A stretch of DNA of 64,000 nucleotides from a virus. The position numbers and the translations under genes are program-made. This document shows, in pieces, positions 52,557 to 61,250 of the stretch (the stretch's first letter is position 1; the number at the start of each line of letters is the position of its first letter). The notes under the pieces were generated by a model. It was not told where the DNA came from, ran no database searches, and was given only the letters and a program-made list of their open reading frames with translations. The DNA is taken from IMG/VR virus record IMGVR_UViG_3300045988_131721, positions 64,001 through 128,000 of that record; one strand, written 5' to 3'.

Positions 52557-54173
52557 TTAAGACAATAAAATAAAATCATTACTCGCTATTCCTGTTTCAG
52601 AAATTCTTAAATATATTTTTTTATCACAACAAACTAGATTTCCAATTTTACTCCCAACTGTATTTGGTAATTCATTAACTTTACCAACATTAACAAAATT
52701 ATTAATTATTGTAAAACTTCCTTCATCTGTAATTTTACCACTTCTATTTCCAATATTCATTGATGTATATTCTGAATTACTTCTTATTCTATGTGTCATA
52801 GCTCCATTACTTGCACAAGTAACTTTAGTTCCTTTGCAATAATTGATATCTATTCCCGTACCACCATCACAATTTATATAACCTATTATAGTATCCTCTA
52901 CTTTGCTTTCTGTTCCATTACTTAAATCTTCTATTTTTATTCCACATCCTGTAATATTTGTTGCGTATATTTTTCTAATCTCATTTGCTACAGGATGACC
53001 CGTATTGGTAGATTGTAATACGATTATATTTCTTGCATCTTTAGCACTTTCTGTTGTATCATCATTATCTGTTCCCGTTAGATATTGAATACAGTCAAAA
53101 ATATTATTTTTACAATTTCCTTTTACACTTATACAATCTTGATTATCATTTATGACCCTTTCTAAAACAACATCTCTAAATCTATTTCCTATTATTTGCA
53201 TTTTATTTCCATCTAATATAATATGTCTAGTCTTTATAAAAGCTATATGAAGATAGTCAAAATACAGTTGACCAACTTCTCTTTTTTGATTACTTCCCCC
53301 AACAACTAATCCATAATCACAATACTGTATATCAACTTTTCCATTGAATATTAATCTAGCAGTACCTCTAATTTCAATTCCAGTTGTAAAATAATTATCT
53401 GTATTATTTACACCTCTTATTGTTATTCCAAGTGGAAATAATATATTTTCGGGTTTTTCTACATCATCTATTAACAATCCCGCTGAAACAATCCCATCAC
53501 AACTTAATTCCCCATACATATTTATTATAGCTTGGTTGCATTTATCATCTAAAACCCAAGGTTCAGTTAATTTCCACACCCACCAATTTATATCATTATC
53601 ACTTAATTGTTTTGCCCCCTCTTGATTAGGGTATGGTTTAGGCACAATAAGCTCATAGTTTCTCCAACTTTCCAATGTTTGTTTTATTTTATTCCATTTT
53701 ATATTAAAACTATCACCAGAATACCAACTTAAAACAATTGGAGTGGAAGATAGATGGATATCTGCAATACCCTCACCATCAAAAATAGTATAATTTCCAG
53801 CAAAAATTTTTCCATTTATTATAACTTTTTTATTAGTAGCAATTTTTATTTTAGCACCCATATTAAATTTAAAAGATATATTGGAAGGGATTGTAATAGT
53901 TTCGCTTATCAAATAAGTTCCTTTTGGTAAAGTTACCAAAATTTCATCTGAAAACTTATTTATTATATTTTCAAGAACTTTACTATTATCTAAACCGTTT
54001 TTATCCCCACCATAGTCAATAAAATTTAGATTCACAATATCTTTAAATTGCGAATCAATTTCTTCAAATTTCTTTGTATTTGATTTTCCGTTTTTATCTA
54101 TAACTAAATCTGGGGAAGTGTATGGATAAGAGTAACCATCATTCCCTTCTCTGACTTTCACTTTATCGCCCAT
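52557..54173 (-). CDS. tail spike, short N-anchor + pectate-lyase-like beta-helix body
   Basis: 538 aa. The N-terminus GNDGYSYPYTSPDLVIDKNGKS matches 45716-47443. DYGGDKNGLDNSKVLENII...LPKGTYLISETITIPSN is typical of pectate_lyase_3 spikes. Confidence 0.7.
   Translation of the reverse strand: MGDKVKVREGNDGYSYPYTSPDLVIDKNGKSNTKKFEEIDSQFKDIVNLNFIDYGGDKNGLDNSKVLENIINKFSDEILVTLPKGTYLISETITIPSNISFKFNMGAKIKIATNKKVIINGKIFAGNYTIFDGEGIADIHLSSTPIVLSWYSGDSFNIKWNKIKQTLESWRNYELIVPKPYPNQEGAKQLSDNDINWWVWKLTEPWVLDDKCNQAIINMYGELSCDGIVSAGLLIDDVEKPENILFPLGITIRGVNNTDNYFTTGIEIRGTARLIFNGKVDIQYCDYGLVVGGSNQKREVGQLYFDYLHIAFIKTRHIILDGNKMQIIGNRFRDVVLERVINDNQDCISVKGNCKNNIFDCIQYLTGTDNDDTTESAKDARNIIVLQSTNTGHPVANEIRKIYATNITGCGIKIEDLSNGTESKVEDTIIGYINCDGGTGIDINYCKGTKVTCASNGAMTHRIRSNSEYTSMNIGNRSGKITDEGSFTIINNFVNVGKVNELPNTVGSKIGNLVCCDKKIYLRISETGIASNDFILLS
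54031..54054 (-). repeat. RBP junction motif, coding copy (SQFKDIVN)
   Basis: Plus strand TTCACAATATCTTTAAATTGCGAA. Confidence 0.9.
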
Positions 54174-54273
54174 TTAATTATCCTCCTTTTGTATATTTTA
54201 TTGGAGGTGTTTATTGCCCCCATATAATTTATATACTTTCGTAAAACCATTAATCCAAATACTCTTACAAAAG

Positions 54274-54308
54274 TATATAAAAAAATATGGGGACATTTCT
54301 GCCCCCAT
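54274..54308 (-). terminator. rho-independent terminator after the major tail protein gene
   Basis: Minus sense: ATGGGG, 10-nt loop, CCCCAT, then ATTTTTTTATAT. Confidence 0.65.
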
Positions 54309-54331
54309 AAGTTAAAATTTATTAATTATTT

Positions 54332-54841
54332 TTACACACTTGTTTTATCTTCTTCAAATGTCATAAAATCTCCATTTGTATCAGTACCTATATCAAAAGT
54401 TACAGAATAAGTTTGTAAATCTAATGAACTTGTACCAAAGTCTTCAGTTATTTGTGGAGTACAATTAGCTATTGTTGCATTTAATATTTTTCTTGTACCG
54501 TCTGGGAATTTTAATTTCATTTTTCCTGTATAAGTATAAGTAGTAGATGGAGAATCACCTATATGTACTTTACCTTCTGCATCTTTTGTAGCTCCTAAAG
54601 TAATTAAAAACATATCAAAATTCATAACTTCCATTTCTGCTGTGAAAGTCATAGCTTTATTTGCTTTTAATGTTATTTTATTTTTACCATCAGCTCTAGC
54701 ATTTAAAGTATCTTCTGATTGACCTAAATTAAATGCATTTACATAATCTAACGCTACGTCTTTTTCTGTTCCAGTTTCACCGTTTGGATGAAGTTTACCT
54801 TGCATAGCACCTTCTATTACGAATAAAGTTTCTTGTGCCAT
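54332..54841 (-). CDS. major tail (tube) protein
   Basis: 169 aa with a strong GGAGGT SD, followed by a terminator. Size, composition and position after the head-tail joining genes fit a tube protein. Confidence 0.6.
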   Translation of the reverse strand: MAQETLFVIEGAMQGKLHPNGETGTEKDVALDYVNAFNLGQSEDTLNARADGKNKITLKANKAMTFTAEMEVMNFDMFLITLGATKDAEGKVHIGDSPSTTYTYTGKMKLKFPDGTRKILNATIANCTPQITEDFGTSSLDLQTYSVTFDIGTDTNGDFMTFEEDKTSV

Positions 54842-54869
54842 TTCACATTACCTCCGTTTTATTAATTAT

Positions 54870-55610
54870 TTATTCATCCCTCATTAGTCTTGTACCCATA
54901 TACCAAGGAGGAATTTCTTTACCTTTATATGCTCCTGCAATAGCAAGTTTCCAAGCCAATTCGCAATCTTCCATTGCTTTCATTGATTTATAAGTGTCTT
55001 GTAATTGCCAAGCAGTCCAATTTTTTATTTCTTCATACGTAGTTTTTCTTGTATGTATCACTTGTCTTACTATTTCTTCAAAATATATAGCATTTCTTTT
55101 TATTTGTTTTTCTTTGTATTCTTTTTCATACTTTTCAAACAATGCTATATCTTCAGCCGAACCTTCAATCTTTTGCTTGATTTCTTTTTTAGGTTCATCA
55201 TAATACATTATTTCTAAAACAATTTTAGACAATATATTAAAATTACTATCGTCTATAAAAGATTCAATATTATCTTGAGATTTAATAAATATACTATATC
55301 CTTTATCTCCACAATTTTTTAACTTTATATCTTTCGTATCATATAAAATCATAAGATATAATATTAAATCTATTAATAAAGATTTATTCTTTTGAGATAA
55401 AGTATAATATATATTAAAAGGCATTTCCACTTCTTCAAAAGCACCATTATTATTCCAATATCGAACCATATAAAAAGGTTTTATAAATTCTATACTATCT
55501 ACCACCTCTATAAAGGTTTGAACCTTGGGTTGTTTAATAATGCCTAAATTAAATTCTTTTAAATCAATATCTTTACCAGATAATAACTCTTTAGTGAATT
55601 TACATTTCAT
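54870..55610 (-). CDS. hypothetical protein (tail module)
   Basis: 246-aa ORF overlapping the end of the upstream gene. Confidence 0.55.
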   Translation of the reverse strand: MKCKFTKELLSGKDIDLKEFNLGIIKQPKVQTFIEVVDSIEFIKPFYMVRYWNNNGAFEEVEMPFNIYYTLSQKNKSLLIDLILYLMILYDTKDIKLKNCGDKGYSIFIKSQDNIESFIDDSNFNILSKIVLEIMYYDEPKKEIKQKIEGSAEDIALFEKYEKEYKEKQIKRNAIYFEEIVRQVIHTRKTTYEEIKNWTAWQLQDTYKSMKAMEDCELAWKLAIAGAYKGKEIPPWYMGTRLMRDE

Positions 55611-56127
55611 TGAAATATCTCACTGTAACACTTGTTATATAAGTGTTATAATCAATTGGTATTGAATAATTTTGTGATGTAGTTCCTATAATTGGTTTTC
55701 CAATAGCCTCTAATCTTTCATCTTCTCTAAGAATTTCATTTATTCTTTTGTAAATGATAACATCTCTTGAACCATTTAATGTATTGGAACAACTATTGTG
55801 ACAAACTACACCTATATCTAATCTAAAAGAACTTATAAATGAAGAGGTTTTACCATTATTTAAAGAAGCTGGTTCATCTTTATACATATTTAAAAATATA
55901 TAACAATCAGATTCAAATATAGCGTCAAAGAGTTTATTAACTCTACGGTCTATAAATATTTTTTTATCATTAAGGTTCTTTATAGGCTCTTTTACTTTAG
56001 GTAGAGATAAAATATCATCTTCAGTGGTGTTTGTATAATACAACATTTTATTAATTGTATCATCAAGCATTAAAAGAGTTCCCACTTTATTTATATATCT
56101 ATCTGGAAATGTTATTAACTTGCCCAT
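55600..56127 (-). CDS. hypothetical head-tail joining or tail completion protein
   Basis: 175-aa ORF. The call rests on synteny only. Confidence 0.5.
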   Translation of the reverse strand: MGKLITFPDRYINKVGTLLMLDDTINKMLYYTNTTEDDILSLPKVKEPIKNLNDKKIFIDRRVNKLFDAIFESDCYIFLNMYKDEPASLNNGKTSSFISSFRLDIGVVCHNSCSNTLNGSRDVIIYKRINEILREDERLEAIGKPIIGTTSQNYSIPIDYNTYITSVTVRYFNEM

Positions 56128-56128
56128 T

Positions 56129-57124
56129 TTAAGATGCCCCCAATCCTCTTATTGTTATATTTTTAATATCTATAGTTTCACCATTCTTATTTTTTGCTAT
56201 TAAAGTAATAACTTCTCCAATAATATCAAAATCTAAATCTACAGATATAGTACATTCTTTATTATTTGCATTAGTAATTTTACAAAAACCATAATCAAAA
56301 TCTAATTCAAAATTTACTTCTTCGTCATATTGAATTTTATAAATTAAATCTTCACCTATATGTATTTTATCATTTCCTTCTATTTCTCCAGATTTAACAG
56401 ACGAGTCATAAAAAGGATTATAAGCAACTAAGTTATCGTCATCGTCTTCAACTAATTGAGTAGTTTCAAGTAACAACCATTTAATTAATCCATCACCTGG
56501 AGTTTCTCTTCTGGTATATTCAAAATCATTTTTATGAGTTATTTTATAGGCTTGTCTATCTTTACCCATAAGTCTTGCACCGACTCTTAAACTAGAAGTT
56601 ATAGGATTAGCACCTACCAAAACTGTTCTTTTTGCATCTAGGTTAGAAATATATTTATAATCGTGAATACCTTTAGAATACATTGTTAAGTTTGTAATAT
56701 TAACAGGTATTCTATAAATTTCACCTTTGTATCCAATATTGAACCATTCATTACATCGTTTTAATGTATACTTTTTATGAGTCATTGTACTTATTACTTC
56801 TTCAAATTCTAATATGTAATATGATTTATTCCAATATATATAGCTACCTACATCTACAGGACATTCTAATCTACAAACTAAATATTTTTCATCAAATGCT
56901 GTTTTATCATTATCGGCAATGTCTTTTATAACCATTCTTTCATGTGAATTAGTTTCTTTATTTATTAATTCATCTGGTCTCGTATATTGGATTTCATAAG
57001 CACTTCGAGCCTCTTTAGTTAAGTAAAACTCAAAGTCGTTAATCATATCATTTCTTTCTTTTTCCTCTATTGTATTAAAATCTTTTAGATTTCTTTTTCT
57101 ATATTTTTCAAAGTAATTACTCAT
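56129..57124 (-). CDS. hypothetical structural protein
   Basis: 331-aa ORF, translationally coupled to its neighbours. Confidence 0.55.
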   Translation of the reverse strand: MSNYFEKYRKRNLKDFNTIEEKERNDMINDFEFYLTKEARSAYEIQYTRPDELINKETNSHERMVIKDIADNDKTAFDEKYLVCRLECPVDVGSYIYWNKSYYILEFEEVISTMTHKKYTLKRCNEWFNIGYKGEIYRIPVNITNLTMYSKGIHDYKYISNLDAKRTVLVGANPITSSLRVGARLMGKDRQAYKITHKNDFEYTRRETPGDGLIKWLLLETTQLVEDDDDNLVAYNPFYDSSVKSGEIEGNDKIHIGEDLIYKIQYDEEVNFELDFDYGFCKITNANNKECTISVDLDFDIIGEVITLIAKNKNGETIDIKNITIRGLGAS

Positions 57125-57527
57125 TTATGTCAACTCCTCTTGTGGCATAACCTATTCTTAACTTTCTTAATTCTTTAACATACATTTCTCTAGTTTTCAA
57201 AAGGTTATTCAATAAGGTTGCAGGTGACTTAATAGAATATTCACTATCTGTTATATGAATAGTTAACGCATCTCTATTAAGTATTTTTGTATCTACAAAA
57301 GGAATTAACATACCTTTAGCTAATATTTGCTTTTCTTTCCAAGTTAATTCTGATTTAAAATAGCCGTCCTCTATAGTTAAATCTTGTTTGCATTGTTCAA
57401 AATTAGATATTGAAACATATAAGTAGGATTCTAACAAATCTTCAAGGACGGATTCATCTATTTCTAATAAATCATCTTTACCTAAATGTTTTAAAAATAA
57501 ATCATAAATTTCTGTGACAGGTGTCAT
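57117..57527 (-). CDS. putative head-tail connector/adaptor
   Basis: 136 aa, lying downstream of the capsid gene. The call rests on synteny only. Confidence 0.45.
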   Translation of the reverse strand: MTPVTEIYDLFLKHLGKDDLLEIDESVLEDLLESYLYVSISNFEQCKQDLTIEDGYFKSELTWKEKQILAKGMLIPFVDTKILNRDALTIHITDSEYSIKSPATLLNNLLKTREMYVKELRKLRIGYATRGVDINE

Positions 57528-57537
57528 TTAATCACCT

Positions 57538-58134
57538 CTATTCATCAATATCTATTAATTGTTCTCTTCCTAATTTTCTGCATAAAACACGTTCTTTTTT
57601 TCTTGATAACTCATAGTCAGATTCTTCAGATTTAGTTAATAATATAGCTTTACAAGCTAAAGTTCTTATAAATTTATTACTTCTTCCTTCAATTTCTCTT
57701 TCAAAAACATCATCTGAAAGATTTAATATTGAATCTATTTGCATAGCAAATTGATTTTCTTCACTATTATATATACTTGTTATACCTAAATAATCAATTA
57801 TATTATCTATTGTATATTCATCAGATAAAACATCTGTTATTGCCAACATATAATCTTTAAAATATGATTTATTTTTAGTTGCAACTTCATATAATTCCGA
57901 TAGTGGTAATTCAGCATATTCATTTGGATATAAATCAAAATAAGTTTCTTCATTTTTATTCATGTATATTACACTCATAAAAGACATATTGCAAATTTCA
58001 ATATATATTTCATCTTGTTTTTTTCTTAATTCCATATTTATCTGTCTTTTAGTTTTTTTTGTTTCTACTTTTTTTTTGATTTCTTCCGTTTTATCTACAG
58101 TCTTCGTTTTAGTAGTTTTCTTTATTTTTTCCAT
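57538..58134 (-). CDS. hypothetical protein with a Lys-rich N-terminus
   Basis: The ATG at 58134 (MEKIKKTTKTKT...) follows AAGGGAG. The track GTG at 58164 lies inside the post-capsid hairpin. Confidence 0.55.
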   Translation of the reverse strand: MEKIKKTTKTKTVDKTEEIKKKVETKKTKRQINMELRKKQDEIYIEICNMSFMSVIYMNKNEETYFDLYPNEYAELPLSELYEVATKNKSYFKDYMLAITDVLSDEYTIDNIIDYLGITSIYNSEENQFAMQIDSILNLSDDVFEREIEGRSNKFIRTLACKAILLTKSEESDYELSRKKERVLCRKLGREQLIDIDE

Positions 58135-58170
58135 TTTATTCTCCCTTCTTGTAGAATTAAGCACTACTAA

Positions 58171-58192
58171 TTAAAGTAGTGCTATATTATTT
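58171..58192 (-). terminator. stem-loop immediately downstream of the capsid gene (attenuator or 3' stabiliser)
   Basis: GCACTACT, 6-nt loop, AGTAGTGC. No U-tract. Confidence 0.4.
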
Positions 58193-58204
58193 AAATATTA
58201 ATTA

Positions 58205-59206
58205 TTATGCAGATATTTTTATCATTGCGTATGTAGAAGCTATAGCAACTCCTAAGTGTAACATACGATTCATTTCCATTTCTATTTGATAGTCTTGTCT
58301 ATCTCCTTCTGTATCTTCGTACAATTCAACATCACCTTCATATCCAAGTTTTACAAGTGATTCTCCAACTGGAACTATTAATAACATATCGTCATCAACT
58401 TCAAAAGCACCAGTAGTTTTATCATAATAATTTGGTAATGGAACTAAAGGAGTACCTTCAAATACTTGAGTATATCCATAATTTCTTCTATCGTCTTTTT
58501 CAGCATCTGATACAAAAGTCGCATCTGATTTTACATGAGCTAATGCTGTTTTAGTTCCTAGTATTTGAACTTCTTGACCTGTAGAATCTGCAACTTTAGC
58601 TATCATTTCTTTTAAAGTAGTTGATAAAGCACCGTCATTAGATGCTTTACATAAATTTGGATTTCCAGAAGCATCATAAGCTCCAAATATAGTTTTTGTA
58701 ACTAAAGTACATACTTTTTTATCAAAAGATTTAGATACTCTATCTACAAATAAAGTCCAGTCTATATTTCCTTTTAAGAAATCAAACATTTCAGCATAGA
58801 TTTTAACGCCTAATCTGAAAGCTTTAGTATCTACCTTTTTATCATAGATTCTTTGTCTATGAACTGTTTTGACACCAGTAGCCATTATAGCAACTTTGAA
58901 CAATTCGTCATTTTGAATTAAGAATTCTTTTTTATCTCCTATATCAAAAGTGTCAACATCTACTAAATCCCCAAAAGATTCAACAGTTATTTCGTTATGA
59001 GTTACAGTTATTAATTCTTCTAATAATTCAAATACTGTATTACCATTTCTTTTTAACCATCTTCTATAATTAGATTTCTTTTCTGGAAGTGGTTCTACTT
59101 TTTCAAATATCATATTTCTTATAACATCTGAAGCTTCTTTTCTTGAATAAGAACACACACCGTTATGTAAGTCTATTACCATTTGTCTAACATCGTTATC
59201 TATCAT
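58205..59206 (-). CDS. major capsid protein
   Basis: About 333 aa. The ATG at 59206 lies 8 nt after GGAGG. It follows the scaffold gene and precedes a stem-loop. The call rests on position, size and expression signals. Confidence 0.65.
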   Translation of the reverse strand: MIDNDVRQMVIDLHNGVCSYSRKEASDVIRNMIFEKVEPLPEKKSNYRRWLKRNGNTVFELLEELITVTHNEITVESFGDLVDVDTFDIGDKKEFLIQNDELFKVAIMATGVKTVHRQRIYDKKVDTKAFRLGVKIYAEMFDFLKGNIDWTLFVDRVSKSFDKKVCTLVTKTIFGAYDASGNPNLCKASNDGALSTTLKEMIAKVADSTGQEVQILGTKTALAHVKSDATFVSDAEKDDRRNYGYTQVFEGTPLVPLPNYYDKTTGAFEVDDDMLLIVPVGESLVKLGYEGDVELYEDTEGDRQDYQIEMEMNRMLHLGVAIASTYAMIKISA

Positions 59207-59240
59207 TCTTTTAACCTCCATTTTATTAATTATTTTATTC

Positions 59241-59747
59241 TTAATAGAATAATATTTGCACCATATCTTTACCCATTAAGTTTGAAGTACCTATAACTTC
59301 CCCTACTATTCTTTTAGCATCTGCTTCTTCACCAGTTGGAGCAGTGTATTTTTTAAGATTATGTGAACCAGCTTTAACAGTTAATTGGTCTCCTTTAGCA
59401 ACAGTTCCATCTATAAGTGTTTTTTCTATATCAACAACCATACCTTTGTGTAAGAAATAAATTCTCACTGCTTCTCCAGCTGGTGTGTTTGCATAATCAC
59501 CAAAATTATAAGATGTTTCTTTTTCATATCTATGACCGTCAGATGCTACCATAGCTAATATTTTATTAGCGTCATCTTCTAAGTCTGTCACTTCATAACA
59601 TTCACCTTCAACTCCTATATCATCTATTTTAGCTAGAGTTGAATCAGCTAGTCCTTTTACTAATACTACTTCACCATTTTTTAATTCAGTAGAGCATATT
59701 GCTGATTTAGCAAAATTATCTTCTACATAAGTTAATATTTGATACAT
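59241..59747 (-). CDS. hypothetical head protein (decoration or scaffold-associated)
   Basis: 168-aa ORF between the scaffold and capsid genes, with a GGAGGT SD. Confidence 0.5.
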   Translation of the reverse strand: MYQILTYVEDNFAKSAICSTELKNGEVVLVKGLADSTLAKIDDIGVEGECYEVTDLEDDANKILAMVASDGHRYEKETSYNFGDYANTPAGEAVRIYFLHKGMVVDIEKTLIDGTVAKGDQLTVKAGSHNLKKYTAPTGEEADAKRIVGEVIGTSNLMGKDMVQILFY

Positions 59748-59767
59748 AAATTTTACCTCCTGTTTTA

Positions 59768-61030
59768 TTATTTTTTAGTTCTCCATTTTTCTAATCTACC
59801 ACCGTAAGGTGCATTAGAATCTATAAATTCTTCATTTGGATTTATTATACCTATTGAATTAGCCTTTCCAGTTTTAGTTTTACTAAATGATTGAGCTTCT
59901 TTAACTTGTTTAGCCCACATTATAGCTAATTTCCCTTCATATTCTTCTTTAGATATTTCATGTTTTAATACTGTGTCTTGAAGTGCTTTAGCATCTTCTG
60001 TATCTAAAGAATATTTTTCAGTTATAGAATCAATTTCTAATTTAAATTGTTTAGCATCGCTATCAGCTTTAAATTGTTTTAATTCTTCATAATCACTCAT
60101 GTTTTCTAATTGAGTTTTTAATTCTTCATATTCAACTTTTAATTGGTCAAAAGCAGTTTTTAATTGTGTATATTTTTCATCTTCTGTGTTATCTTCAACA
60201 GAATGATTTTCCTTATCTTTATCTTCTTCCTCTTCTGAACAATCTTCTTTCTTTTCTTCAGAATTATCTTGAGAACATTCTTCTTCATCTGGAGTGAAAT
60301 CTTCTTGTTGAGTTTCCTCTTGATTTTCAAATTCTTCAGTTTCTTGAACTTCTTGATTTTCAAACTCTTTGTCCATTGTTTCACCTCCCTTTTCTAAAGA
60401 ATAAATTTTCTTCATTTCTTCTAATTCAGTTTTAACATCTCCACAAGTGAACAGAGATAAGTTAGCTCCTGCCATAGCAGGTTTAACACCTACACCAAGC
60501 ATTGTTATACCTAAAAAAGTAAAATCAGTTATTTCAAAGAATCCATCTTCTCTAAAGCTGAAATCGTCAACATCTATTTCCATAGATACCTCTAATGTAC
60601 CATCATTAGAATCTAATACATCAAGTAATTGTTGGGAATATTCTCTCCATATTAATGCTGTGCAAGATAAATATTTCTTGCCGTCTTTTTCTACTTGTGT
60701 AATTATAGTATCTTCTGGAACGAATCCATAAGCTTTTTCAAGATATATTAATTGATAATCATAACCATCTGGGGTGTCTGTAGTTTCTATTTTAGTATCA
60801 TGTCCACCTAAAACCCATTTGTCATCTTCATTTTTATAAACATGAGCCAATAAAGGTATACCCCTAATACTTTTTTCGGCACATTTCATTTGTGTTTCTG
60901 AATCAAACCAAGAACCATTTAAATTGTCTTGGTCGTGGCATACAAGTATTCTGCATCCTACAAATCTACTATCACTTGAAGATTTAAAAACTTCCATTTC
61001 ACTATATAATTTTAAATGTTTATTTCCCAA
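59768..61030 (-). CDS. scaffolding protein with a globular N-terminal domain (possibly XkdF-like protease) and an acidic linker
   Basis: 420 aa. Very acidic low-complexity centre (ENQEVQETEEFENQEETQQEDF...EEEEDKDKE) and a coiled-coil C-terminus. TTG start after GGGGGTG. Confidence 0.55.
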   Translation of the reverse strand: MGNKHLKLYSEMEVFKSSSDSRFVGCRILVCHDQDNLNGSWFDSETQMKCAEKSIRGIPLLAHVYKNEDDKWVLGGHDTKIETTDTPDGYDYQLIYLEKAYGFVPEDTIITQVEKDGKKYLSCTALIWREYSQQLLDVLDSNDGTLEVSMEIDVDDFSFREDGFFEITDFTFLGITMLGVGVKPAMAGANLSLFTCGDVKTELEEMKKIYSLEKGGETMDKEFENQEVQETEEFENQEETQQEDFTPDEEECSQDNSEEKKEDCSEEEEDKDKENHSVEDNTEDEKYTQLKTAFDQLKVEYEELKTQLENMSDYEELKQFKADSDAKQFKLEIDSITEKYSLDTEDAKALQDTVLKHEISKEEYEGKLAIMWAKQVKEAQSFSKTKTGKANSIGIINPNEEFIDSNAPYGGRLEKWRTKK

Positions 61031-61054
61031 TTCTAATTCACACCCCCTTTCTTC

Positions 61055-61240
61055 TTAGAAAAATAATTTATTAGAAAACATGAATTTTCTTTTATCTTCA
61101 TTACTGAATTTAACTTTAGTACTATTAAGAAAAATATAAACAGTTTTATTGTCTATAATACCTTCAGATAAAAACACTAATCCTTGATTTAAAAGTTCAT
61201 GTTTATCTTCTTCATTAAATGCATATATGAATTTATTCAT
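61055..61240 (-). CDS. hypothetical protein
   Basis: 61-aa ORF with an AGGTGA SD. Confidence 0.5.
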   Translation of the reverse strand: MNKFIYAFNEEDKHELLNQGLVFLSEGIIDNKTVYIFLNSTKVKFSNEDKRKFMFSNKLFF

Positions 61241-61250
61241 AATATATCAC

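Noticed and set aside
27756-54054. A Gin/Cin/Hin-type invertible tail-fibre segment.
   Set aside because: All motif copies are in direct, not inverted, orientation, and no invertase gene is present. Inversion switching is therefore not supported, and I reported the pattern as a cassette-junction hypothesis instead.
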